From Antechinus flavipes (lineage: Eukaryota), in NCBI RefSeq assembly GCF_016432865.1, contig NC_067399.1:120838001-120902000 (forward strand): 64,000 nt of DNA. Reading direction: 5' to 3'. Every line of letters begins with the position of its first letter. Positions within the stretch are counted from its first letter, which is position 1. This document shows, piece by piece, positions 13,746 through 24,705 of the stretch. The position numbers and the translations under genes were made by a program. The notes beneath the pieces were generated by a model that saw nothing but the letters and a program-made list of their open reading frames with translations, was not told the DNA's origin and did no database searches.

Positions 13746-13797
<52 letters not shown>
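13665..13797. repeat. Compound microsatellite (TA)n/(GA)n/(TA)n(TG)14
   Basis: Read directly. The TG run is 13768-13795. Confidence 0.95.
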
Positions 13798-13800
<3 letters not shown>

Positions 13801-13912
13801 ATCTGGAGTATGCCCTGTTATTGCTTGAGAAAGATGTTGAGAATGTATGTTTGTATGCTTATATGAAGGCACATAAATACATAGTAGAATGACCATTGTC
13901 ATACAATCTTAC

Positions 13913-13993
13913 CGTATCACCAGGCTGCGGGCGCATCACTGACACCCGGTCATAACCTTTCCGTATCAGGACACAGAAGGCATCAAGTTTTCC
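13913..13993 (-). CDS. ANTXR1: ANTXR1 coding exon, human exon 17 equivalent: [27 protein letters not shown]
   Basis: 81 bp, phase 0-0, acceptor ...gttctcttcatag, donor gtaaga. Matches the recalled human [27 protein letters not shown] at 24 of 27 residues. Too short to appear in the ORF track. Confidence 0.96.
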
Positions 13994-14639
13994 CTATGAA
14001 GAGAACAAATGTGTTGACACATAATTAATGACTCCTGTATATGAAACTTTAGGCATTTTTCTTCTGTGATGGGGAATGCACTGGACTAACAATTTAAGTT
14101 GCGGATGATGCTGTCTTATTTCATGAAGAAACAGAAAGGTTCAATGTTTCTTGTCCCCTTCGTCTATTCTGTTGAATTGCTAGTGATAATAGATAAAATA
14201 TATTTTATTATGAAGATTGTTAAAAGCAAATGTACATAGAATCACAGCAATGAGGTAGAAGGAATTCTTTTTTAAACCACTGAAAATAGTTCCCTTTACT
14301 TTAAAAATGAGGAAACTGCCTAAGGAGAAGCACTGGAGCAACTTATCAGTCAGCTGATAAGTATTTTTTGATTGCTTACTATGTGCCAAGCCCTATGCTG
14401 AAAACTGTGGCATATAAAGAATGACAAAAGATAGCTTTTAAGAAGTTCACAGTCTAATTGGGATGACAACATGGCTTATGCACAAACAAAATAGCCACAG
14501 GATAAATTGAAGATAATCAATAGGAACTAGGATTAAGGAGGCTTGTAAAGGGGTTCTTATATAAAGTGAGATCATAAGTCACAGAATGTTAGAGTTGGAA
14601 GGCCCATAAATTGTCAACAATTATTTATTTTATTTTTAT

Positions 14640-15845
14640 TTTTTAAACTTAAAAAAATTTATTTACTTTTAATACACATTGCTTTATGAATAATGTTGGG
14701 AGAGAAAAATCAGGACAAAAGGGAAAAAATGGCAGAGAAAAAAAAAACAGAGAAAAAGAAGTGGACACAGCATGTATTGATTTACATTTAATTTCCATAG
14801 TTCTTTTAATGGATGTAGATGGCATTTTCTGTCCAAAGTCTATTGGCATTGCTTTGGATCACTGAACCACCAAGAAGAACCAAACCTTTCATAGATGATC
14901 ATTGCACATTCTTTCTGTTATTGTATACAATGTATTCCTGGTTCTATTTGTTTTACTCAGCATTAGTTCATGTAAATCTTCCCAGGCCTTTCTAAAATCA
15001 GCTTGTTCATTATTTTTACAGAACAATAATATTCCATTATCTTCATATACCACAACTTATTCGGCCATTCTCCAATTGATGGGCATCTACTCATTTTCCA
15101 ATTTTTTGTTAACACAAAAAAAGCTACTACAAACATTTTTGCACATATGGTTCCTTTTCCCTTCTTTATGATTTCCAGTAGTGGCACTGCTGGGTTAAAG
15201 TGTATACACAATTTTATAGCCCTTTGGGAATAGTTCCTGGGTACTCTCCAGAATGGTTGCATCATTTCACAATTCTACCAACAATGCATTAGTACCCTAG
15301 TTTTCCATTCCCTCCAACACTTATCATTATCTTTTCCTGTTATCTTAGCCAGTCTGAGAGTGAGTATGAATGAGGTGATACCTCAGAGTAGTTTTAATCT
15401 GCAAATCTCTAATCAATAGTGATTTAGAGCACTTTTTCATGTACACTTACATGTGTATGTATATCTCTGTGCATATACACATATAGTGTCTCTATCCTGA
15501 TGTAGTTTTAAATTCCTCATAGCAAAAAACTATGACTTTTGGGGATACCATATAACATATATACATATATCACATATATATGGAACATTAAGCATAAATC
15601 TTTTTTAAGTATATACATTCATTTAATATATTTATTTTTCCAATTATATTGTGATTAGCAATGGCTTTGATTTCTTCATTTGAAAATTGTCTATCCATAT
15701 CCTTTTACCATTTATCAATTGGGTAATGACTTGTATTCTTATAAATTTGATACAGTTCATTATATATTTTAGAAATGAGATCTTTACTGGAAACGCTGGC
15801 TGTAAAGATTTTTTCCCTCTAGTTTTGTACTTTCCTTTTAATCTT
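14640..15845 (-). mobile_element. L1 3' portion (ORF2 end and 3' UTR), interrupted at about 15460-15650
   Basis: ORF-track 14963..15265 (PFWRVPRNYSQRAIKLCIHFNPAVPLL...CPSIGEWPNKLWYM) is degenerate L1 ORF2 C-terminus. Confidence 0.9.
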
Positions 15846-16213
15846 TCAATAAGTATTTATTAAGTACTTGGCATGCTCCAGATGCTAAGAGTTAAAGTTA
15901 CAAAGGAAGGTGAAAAAAAAAATCCCTGTTCTCTGAGAGCTCACAGTCTAATGGAGGAGACAGACAACTATACAAGCTAAATATAAGATGAATTGGAGAA
16001 ACTAAACAGAGGGAAAGTGATAACACAAAAGTGGACCTAGAAAAGCTTTCTATAGAAGGGAGGAATTTTTTTTTTAATTTTCAAAAATTTGTATTCATTC
16101 ATTCATTCATCCATTGTTAGAGATTTGGAGGAAGTCAGAGTAGCCAGGAGATTGTAATGAGGAGGGAAAGCCTTCTATTCCTAGAGCACACCCAGTAAAA
16201 ATGCCTGGTGTAT

Positions 16214-16629
16214 TGTAATGGGCTGAGGCTTGAGTTGATGCACTGAGGTCCCAAGCACATGAGGCTAAATAGTAATTGGACCATACTCTATTAATATATA
16301 GGCTTGGAGAAAGAATGGCCCCCGCCCACTCTTTGTGCAAGTCCTGATGTGTTGTATAGGAAATGACGATTTTGGTGGGTGGAGGCAGGGGAGTGGAAAA
16401 GGAAGGGGAAGGAGAGACTTTTGGGATTGCCTTGCCATGGTTTGCTCAGCTCACATCTCTCTCTGTTAGCTGGCTTCCTGTCGCAACTGTCCATATTGCT
16501 ATCGCAACCTTTCTTGCCTATATTTGCTATCGCAATCTTTATTCACCTCTTCACTTCAATAAATATTGAAGATTTTTCCCTTAACCTGAATTCCTGACTC
16601 CAGCTGATTTTAAATATGCGGTCATTACA
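16214..16629 (+). mobile_element. ERV solo LTR (416 bp) with 6-bp TSD GTGTAT
   Basis: TGTAATG...CATTACA termini, TSD at 16208-16213 and 16630-16635, AATAAA at 16558-16563. A 6-bp TSD is typical of class II (beta-like) ERVs. Confidence 0.93.
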
Positions 16630-17107
16630 GTGTATGATGATAGATCTTATAGATCATAGTGTCTAACACATTTACAAGACAAGAAATCAGACTCAGAGAG
16701 CCCATAGGTCACAGAGTCACAGAATGTCCCAACCAGAAGAAATTTTAGAGATCATTTATTCTGACTCCTTCATTTTATGAATGAGGAGACTGAGATGTTA
16801 AAGAAGTGATTTGCCTAAGATCACTCAGAATGTTAAGTGGAAAAAAATCTCTCTTTTTTTTTTTTTTTAGGTTTAGTATACTTTATACAATATCTACAAG
16901 TTCATAAATAATTAGGTACAATTTCCTAAATTAAATGGGCAGGAACAGCCTAACTCAGATGAATACATAATTCCTTGTGTATAGTAGGTGCTAAATAAAT
17001 GCTTATTGAATTTTATTCAGTCTTTTCTTTTACTTCTTTTGTAAATAGTTAGAAAAGTGGTAACTTGAATTGCTTTTGGGATCATAGTTTATGTTGAAAT
17101 AGGCCCT

Positions 17108-17746
17108 TGCCAAAAATGTTTGTGGCAGCCCTGTTTGTAGTGGCTAGAAACTGGAAATTGAATGGATGCCCATTAATTGGAGAATGGCTGGGTAAATTGT
17201 GGCATATGAATATTATGGAATATTATTGTTCTGTAAGAAATGACCAGCAGGATGAATACAGAGAGGCTTGGAGAGACATGAACTGATGCTAAGTGAAATG
17301 AGCAGAACTAGGAGATCATTATACATTTCAACAACGATATTGTATGAGGATGTATTCTGATGGAAGTGGATTTCTTTGACAAAGAGATCTAACTCTGTTT
17401 CAATTGATAAATGATGGACAGAAGCAGCTACACCCAAAGAAAGAACACAGGGAAATGAGTGTAAACTATTTGCATTTTTGTTTCTCTTCCCGGGTTATTT
17501 TTACCTTCTGAATCCAATTCTCCCTGTGCAACAAGAGAACTGTTCAGTTCTGCAAACATATATTGTATCTAGGATATACTGCAATATATCTAACATATAT
17601 AGGACTGCTTGCCATCTAGAGGAGGGGGTGGAGGGAGGGAGGGGAAAAATCAGAACAGAAGCGAGTACAAGGGATAATGTTGTAAAAAAAATTACCCTGG
17701 CATGGATTCTGTCAATAAAAAGTTATTATAAAATAAAATAGAAATA
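17108..17746 (+). mobile_element. 5'-truncated L1 3' end with 12-bp TSD GAAATAGGCCCT
   Basis: ORF2 end (KMFVAALFVVARNWK) plus 3' UTR and A-rich tail. TSD at 17096-17107 and 17747-17758. Confidence 0.93.
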
Positions 17747-18987
17747 GAAATAGGCCCTGGCCAGTTTGAGGACCTAGAGATTGAGGGCTCCCCAAAGCCA
17801 GAGCCAATAGTCATAATGGAGAAAATTTAGAGTGTCAATTTTTCAATTAATAGGGTTTTAAAAAAATTTATCAAAATAAATTAGCAAGTATTATCAAAAG
17901 TCCTTTAGAAAAACCTGTCTTTGAAATGGTGTATATAATACCAATGCTTGTTAACTTTCTCAACTTGTAGGCACTCACACACTTGTTCTAGATTGGTTAC
18001 TTATGGGACTCTTATTTTAAAAGGGAAAATGCAAAAAAGACAATGGAGAATAAATTAGTCAGGGCTAGAAAGGTAGCCCCTAACAGATGTCTCCTTTTCC
18101 TCTTTTCACTACTATAAATATTCAGCTTCACTGAAGCGGGAATAATGTGTTTATTTTATAATTAACCAAGAGGAAGGGGGCTTTTCTGAAATTTTGTTTA
18201 AGACTCTACCAATTTCTATCATTACAAGAAATTTCAGAGATACTTCAGATAAAGTACTTTTTGCTATTCTTTCAACTTCTGACATCACCATAATGTCACC
18301 AAAATGCTGATGGCTGCAAACTTTTTCTTGGCATGCAAAGTCTTAAGCTGGATTTCCCTGAAATGGCTGGGAAATTTTCCAAGGAGCCCTAAGGTCCATT
18401 GTAGCTTCTCTCATGGGATCTGAAGTGTAATCAAGTTTTATCATCTCCAGAAGTCAAAGTGTAACAGTAATGCATCAGATTCCTTTTGACTGTCCACTCT
18501 CTCCTCAATCATTTATTTGCCATTTATTCTGCTTCTGTTGCTTCTGTATAGTCAGATCTCCTGAGACCATGACCTGAAATGACTTAAGACACTCAGCTTT
18601 TAAACCATTGTTTTGGGGCTTTTGCTCTCCTGCCTAGAGTGTTTGTGTGAGTGCATGTGGCTCACTATATCTAGGCAGTCCCAGACCTCAGACCATGCTT
18701 CACATTCCATCTGATTTTCCACCCAGTACATTTCCTTGCCATTTACTCTGCTACTTTTTGTACGTATTTCCCAACATGCTCCCTCCAGGAAAAAGACTTT
18801 TTATCTCTTGCAATAAAATAGTAATGAAGCCTATACATGTATAACAAATATAAAATTTCTTCTCTTCTCAATAAAGAGGGGAGAGAAAAATTCAGAACTT
18901 GAATAAAAGCACCATATTTAAAAATCATTTTTATATGTAATTAGAAAAAATAAAATATTAACAATAGTAATGAAATTAAGTCTGCCA

Positions 18988-20023
18988 GCCCTATTTGTAG
19001 TGGCTAGAAGCTGGAAAATGAATGGATGCCCATCAATTGGAGAATGGTTGAGTAAATTGCGGTATATGAATGTTATGGAATATTATTGTTCTGTAAGAAA
19101 TGACCAGCAGGATGAATACAGAGAGGACTGGTGAGACTTACATGAACTGATGCTAAGTGAAATGAGCAGAACCAGGAGATCATTATATACCTCAACAATG
19201 ATACTGTAGGAGGATGTATTCTTTTTTTTTTTTTTTGTCTCAAGTTATTTATTCTTACATACACAAGGGCTTCCTAACCTATGGTACATGAACATGTTAT
19301 TTAAAATAACTGACAAATGTATTTCAATATAATTTGTTTCTTTCATATTTCTATTTTGTATTCTGTATTTTATTTTGTGCATTTATTATTTTTATTATTT
19401 TTAATAACTTTTTATTGACAGAACCCATGCCAGGGTAATTTTTTACAACATTATCCCTTGCACTCACTTCTGTTCCGATTTTTCCACTCCTTCCCTTCAC
19501 CCCCTTCCCCAGATGGCAAGCAGTCCTTTACATGTTGAATAGGTTACAGTATATCTTAGATACAATATATATGTGCAGAACCGAACAGTTCTCTTGTTGC
19601 ACAGGGAGACTTGGATTCAGAAGGTATAAGTAACCCGGGAAGAAAAACAAAAATGCAAGCAGCTTATATTCATTTCCCAGTGTTCTTTCTTTGGGTGTAG
19701 CTGCTTCTGTCCATCCTTGATCAATTGAAACTGAGTTAGATCTCTTTATCGAAGAGATTCACTTCCATCAGAATACATCCTCTGGACAGAAGCAACTACA
19801 TCCAAAGAAAGAACACTGGGAATTGAATATAAGCTGCACACATATATTGTATCTAGGATATACTGTAACCTATTCAACATGTAAAGGACTGCTTGCCATC
19901 TGGGGGAGGGGGTGAAGGGAAAGAGTGGAAAAATCGGAACAGAAGTGAGTGCAAGGGATAATGTTGTAAAAAATTACCCTGGCATGGGTTCTGTCAATAA
20001 AAAGTTATTTTTAAAAAAAAGAA
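18988..20023 (+). mobile_element. Composite L1 insertion with internal inverted segment and 3'-transduced DNA; 16-bp TSD GAAATTAAGTCTGCCA
   Basis: TSD at 18972-18987 and 20024-20039. Segments: plus L1 18988-19221; inverted poly(A), non-L1 DNA and L1 3' UTR 19222-19782; plus L1 fragments 19783-19837 and 19838-20023. Confidence 0.88.
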
Positions 20024-20094
20024 GAAATTAAGTCTGCCATTATTTTTGAAAAGAGCTTTTCATTGTACTCTCCTATGGCTCTACTTAGCATCCC

Positions 20095-20500
20095 TTTTGC
20101 TTATCCTTCATTTTTGAAGAAGACCAATGACATCACAAGTAATGTCTTGACTTGTGAGCAAATTGGATTTAAGTGAGGCAGAGTTGCACAAAGTCATCAG
20201 CCTCACTTACTCTTCCAGACTCATTGAAGTCCAGCGGCAGAACAAAGTCAAGATAACTATTTATGACCTGGAATGCAATAAGTAATTTTGGGCATCTTCA
20301 GTGTTTGGTCAAGCTTAGTCAAGCTCTAAATGTCCATAGTGCTTTCTTCAGCCCTGTTTATGACCACTGGAACAAATGGTTCCCATCCAGCCATTCACTG
20401 GGAGAAGTATATATTCACATGCTTGGGGTAGATAACCCTCTAATTCACTGATAGGGTCTATCAAATTTACTCTCAACTTGGTTTAGCTTGTCTCCATAGT
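20095..20500. mobile_element. Marsupial SINE-like repeat (MdoRep1/WALLSI4-like); related fragment at about 30312-30516 in opposite orientation
   Basis: Recalled similarity: gaagaccaatgacatcac...gtcttgacttg...ggatttaagtgaggcagagttgcacaaagtcatcagcctcac. Family name uncertain. Confidence 0.6.
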
Positions 20501-20917
20501 TGTTTCATGGTTGCTATGAATGCTAAAGCTTCTTGGATCTACAAGGGAGAATTGGGTGAAAGGTAGACAAAAAGGTATACAAATAGCCCTAAAAAGAGTT
20601 TGGCATTCCCTAACACTAGAGGTGCCAGTCCTCCCTGAACAGGTGTCATCTCTATTCCTTTCCAAGTCAAAACACTCTTCCCCACTTACTTCTATGTACT
20701 GTCTCTCTTACTAGAATGTAAACGTCTTCTGGGCAGGAACTGTCTTTTTGTATTTGCATTCCTAGTGTTTGGGCAATGTTTGACACAGGAATTGCTTAAT
20801 GAACAATTTTCATTCATTCATCCATCAGTGTAAGAAGAGAATGCTCTCTTCTTGGAATTATAGAATATTATAGCTGAAAGTGATTAGACACTGTGCTACC
20901 TTTGTATTAGACACTAA

Positions 20918-21300
20918 TTTTATAATTAATGAAAAAATCTCTACTTTGAAGTTTACTTTCTATCAGGGAGATATGTATGTATATATGCACATATATGTGT
21001 GTGCTATTATATAGCTGTATATATAATATTGTACACGTGTGTGCATAATATTATGCACATATGTACACACACATATATTCAAAATAACCTAATAAGACCC
21101 TAACAAGCTAGTTAAGGACAGGAGGAACCATCATTAGTTTTAAAATTAATGAAAAAATCCCTACTTTGAAGTAGTTTACTTTCTATCAGGGAGACATGTG
21201 AATGTATTTATATATATGCACATATATGTGTATACTATTATATAGCTGTTTATATAATATTGTACACGTGTGCGTAATATTATGCATATATATACACATA
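20918..21300. repeat. Older direct duplication, period about 220 bp
   Basis: aattaatgaaaaaatc(t/c)ctactttgaagt...tactttctatcagggaga...ctattatatagctgt...ataatattgtacacgtgtg occurs at about 20924 and about 21144, with several substitutions and indels. Confidence 0.9.
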
Positions 21301-21984
21301 TACATCTAAATTCAAATAAATACAAGATATTTATTTTCATCTTTCAAAATCTAGCTTAACTGTTACCCTGTCCAAGAAGACTTTCTTTAGTTAACCTTGT
21401 AAAACATTAAGCTTTTTTTTTTATGACCAATTTATTGCTTGGGTGCTAGGCTTCAATGAATTTCAATAACCAGTAGCTATAGAGGAATATAAATCTTTCA
21501 ATAGGCTGGCAATTCTTTCATAATCCTATGTCCTTAGGCCCTTTTGGCAAATACCTACATATTCTAATTTCTCTTCAGCCATACTAATCCATCCCAGCAG
21601 CTGGCAGCATTTCGAATTTCTTAATAGAGGAATTAGAAGAAATCCTGCCACATATTTTTTAAATGCCCCAGACACAGGCTAGGTTACCTTACAATAAGGT
21701 AGCAATTAAACTAGATTTTGAAAGATGAAAAGGAATTCAATAGGTCATGACCAGATCCAGACTGGTCAAATATACTACTTAGCATAGTTTTGAAAGTAAA
21801 TCAGAAGAATATGCTAAAATTGCAAGTATTTCCTGCACTCAATTTTTCTTGTTCTACTTAGGGCAATGCCTTTCTAAACTTGTGGATGTGTACATTTTGA
21901 TACCAAAATAATTTAAAGATATTGTCTCAGAAAGTCTGATTCAGAATAGTTATTTTTCTGTATATATAAATACTGTTTTGTTGC

Positions 21985-22200
21985 TGTTAATTTTTCAGTC
22001 ATGTCCAGCTCTTTAGAACCCCTTTTGGGGTTTTCTTGGCAAAGATACTGGAGTGTTTGATCATTTTCTTCTCTAGCTCATATGGATGAGTAAACAGAGG
22101 CAAGCAAGGTTAAATAATTGTTCAAGGTCACTCAGGATCTGATGTTGGATTTGAACTAAGAGGTCTACTATATTCCAGGGCCACCATCTGTACCACTTCA
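21985..22200 (-). mobile_element. MAR1 SINE
   Basis: ttcagtcatgtccagctc...ggggttttcttggcaaagatactggagtg...ggatttgaact. Confidence 0.85.
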
Positions 22201-23620
22201 CTGCTTCTCATATATGTGTGTATATGTGTGTGTATATGTGTGTGTATATGTGTTTACTTAGGGAATGGAAGAAACCTGAGATCTTATTTAATCCTTTCTA
22301 CTCATTTTACAAATGAGGAAACTGAGACCTAGCAAGGTTAGATGATTTTTCCAGGATCAAAGAGGCAGAAAGTGCCACAATTTTGATCTAGGTCTTCAGA
22401 ATTCAGACAGACTATCATGGCAGTGAAAAGAAAGGGAACTGGGAAGTATAACATAATGACAACATCATATGTTATTGTGCTGAAAATGCACAATAAGAAA
22501 TGCATTGTGCTGAAAAACTCTTGACTTTGCCACTAATTTGCTATGTCATTTTGAAAACATCATTTTCCTTCCTTGGTTTCATCATCTTTAAAAGGAGAAT
22601 TAAAATAATTCATCTCAGGAATCTCCCTCACATATATCTCATGGTCTGTGATCATGCAACATACTTATTAAATATTGTTTAGTTTTTTTTAAAGTTGAAC
22701 CTTTCCTTGCTAAGTATACTGTCTCTGTTCTCTCTTAATGGGGAACTTCCAGAAGCATTTAGTAGTATTTTAAAAGAGTTTCAGAATTCCTTAAGGGTTT
22801 GATACTTCTTTCAATATAATTTTCTACTTTTGGTCTTACAGTAGTTAATTAAATGTTTGTGATAGTGACTAGTTCTATAATTTCCCTGATAAAGTATCCT
22901 TTTAGGTAAGGAAATTCCTTCTTCCAGATGCAGGTCACCACTTTCTCTGAAAATTATAGTCAGAGAGTTGTCTCAAAGAGAAATGAATTCCTGTTGTTTG
23001 TATACAAAATAACATTATCTAAGTTTTATTGTATTTTTATTTTCTTAGATTTTTCCCAATTACATTTTTTATCTGACCAGGAGGCATTCAGGTATGTTGC
23101 CAGCAGGCTGATCTTTTGATATCACTGTTCTAAGGCATTTAGAGATTGAGAGATTTACTTAGGTTCACAAATCCAGTATGTGTTAGAGGTGATGCTGCCC
23201 AAATGTCTAAGATGATATTCAATAGGGTTAAATATAAATGTGAAATATTAATAATAACATATCTAAATATAAATATCAGCTTCACAAATATAAAATGACA
23301 GATAATAAAAAAGATGGGGCATTTTTTCCATGAGACAAATGGGATCATTTTAAAGGAGGTTTGTAATTTTCTGAAGGGAAATCAGCCCTTTCTCTTCCTT
23401 TTGTTCAATTCCAGACCCAAAGTATATATCCACACTGTCCATCACATATACAATTATCATTTATGTGTATATGTGTATATTGACAGGTAAGTTCTACAGC
23501 TTATTCATCCAAATAAAAGTTGTCATCTGGACCATAGACAGCTTTCATTTACTTGATCTTTTCTGTGTGAATGGCAGGTGAAATTCCTTTTGAGTTATTA
23601 TATTTTTATAGGTCCCTTTC

Positions 23621-24236
23621 TTTTTTTTTCTTTTTTTTAAATTTTATTTTATTTAATAATAACTTTGTATTGACAGAATCCATGCCAGGGTAATTTTTTA
23701 CAACATTATCCCTTGCACTCGCTTATGTTTCGTTTTTTCCCCTCCCTCCCTCCACCCCCCCCCCCCAAGATGGCAAGCAGTCCTATATATGTTAAATATA
23801 TTGCAGTATATCCTAGATATAATACATATTTGCAGAACCAAACAGTTCTCCTGTTGTACAGGGAGAATTGGATTCAGAAGGTAAAAATAACTCGGGAAGA
23901 AAATCAAATATGCAAATAGTTCACATTCGTTTCCCAGTGTTCCTTCTTTGGGTGTAGCTGTTTCTGTCCATCATTTATCCATTGAAACTCAGTTAGGTCT
24001 CTTTGTCATAGAAATCCACTTCCATCAGAATACATCCTCATACAATATTGTTGTTGAAGTGTATAATGATCTCCTGGTTCTGCTCATCTCACTTAGCATC
24101 AGTCCATGTAGGTCTCTCCAAGCCTCTCTGTATTCATCCTGTTGGTCATTTCTTACAGAACAATAATATTCCATAACATTCATATACCACAATTTACCCA
24201 GCCATTCTCCAATTGATGGGCATCCATTCATTTTCC
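23621..24236 (-). mobile_element. 5'-truncated L1 3' end with 14-bp TSD TATAGGTCCCTTTC, nested in an RTE remnant
   Basis: TSD at 23607-23620 and 24237-24250, poly-T at the left end, and ORF2 end MNGCPSIGEWLGKLWYMNVMEYY. Confidence 0.94.
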
Positions 24237-24594
24237 TATAGGTCCCTTTCAGGAGGTTCTGCAATGTGTTGGGTCTTGATGCAATCAGCACAATGTCATC
24301 CACAAATAAAAGCATTTTGTGAGTACTTTTGTCATCCACAGAAAATACTTTTTTGAAGTTGATTTTCCTACATCACAGAAGAAGACCCTTTTGGTAAGTA
24401 AATATTTTCTTGTTTCGTTGCCAAACTTGATAATTATGATCAGAAGACCACTGAGCAGGGTCATTTCTGTCATATCATTGAAGGAATCTTCAATGTATAG
24501 ATGAAATGAAACCTTGTTTGGGGGAAAAAATCTTTTTATGCGGTATTTTGTTTACTGGCTCAAATACTTTATATAATCTATCTTTCTTTTTAAT

Positions 24595-24705
24595 TTTTTT
24601 TTTTTTTTTGCTGAAGCAATTGGGGTTAAGTGACTTGCCTAGAGTCACACTGCTAGGAGGTGTTACGTGTCTGAGACCAGATTTGAACTTAGGTCCTTCT
24701 GACTT
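24595..24705 (-). mobile_element. WSINE1-type SINE, 5'-truncated
   Basis: Poly-T followed by gctgaagcaattggggttaagtgacttgcc...gtgtctgagaccagatttgaact. Confidence 0.85.

Noticed and set aside
13576-13902. 108-aa ORF with THTHTH/YIYIYI runs
   Set aside because: It is the translation of a CA/TA microsatellite.
1-13912. ANTXR1 terminal exon (GRCINFTR... proline-rich tail)
   Set aside because: No matching sequence or G-rich plus-strand tract was found by eye, so it presumably lies left of the window.
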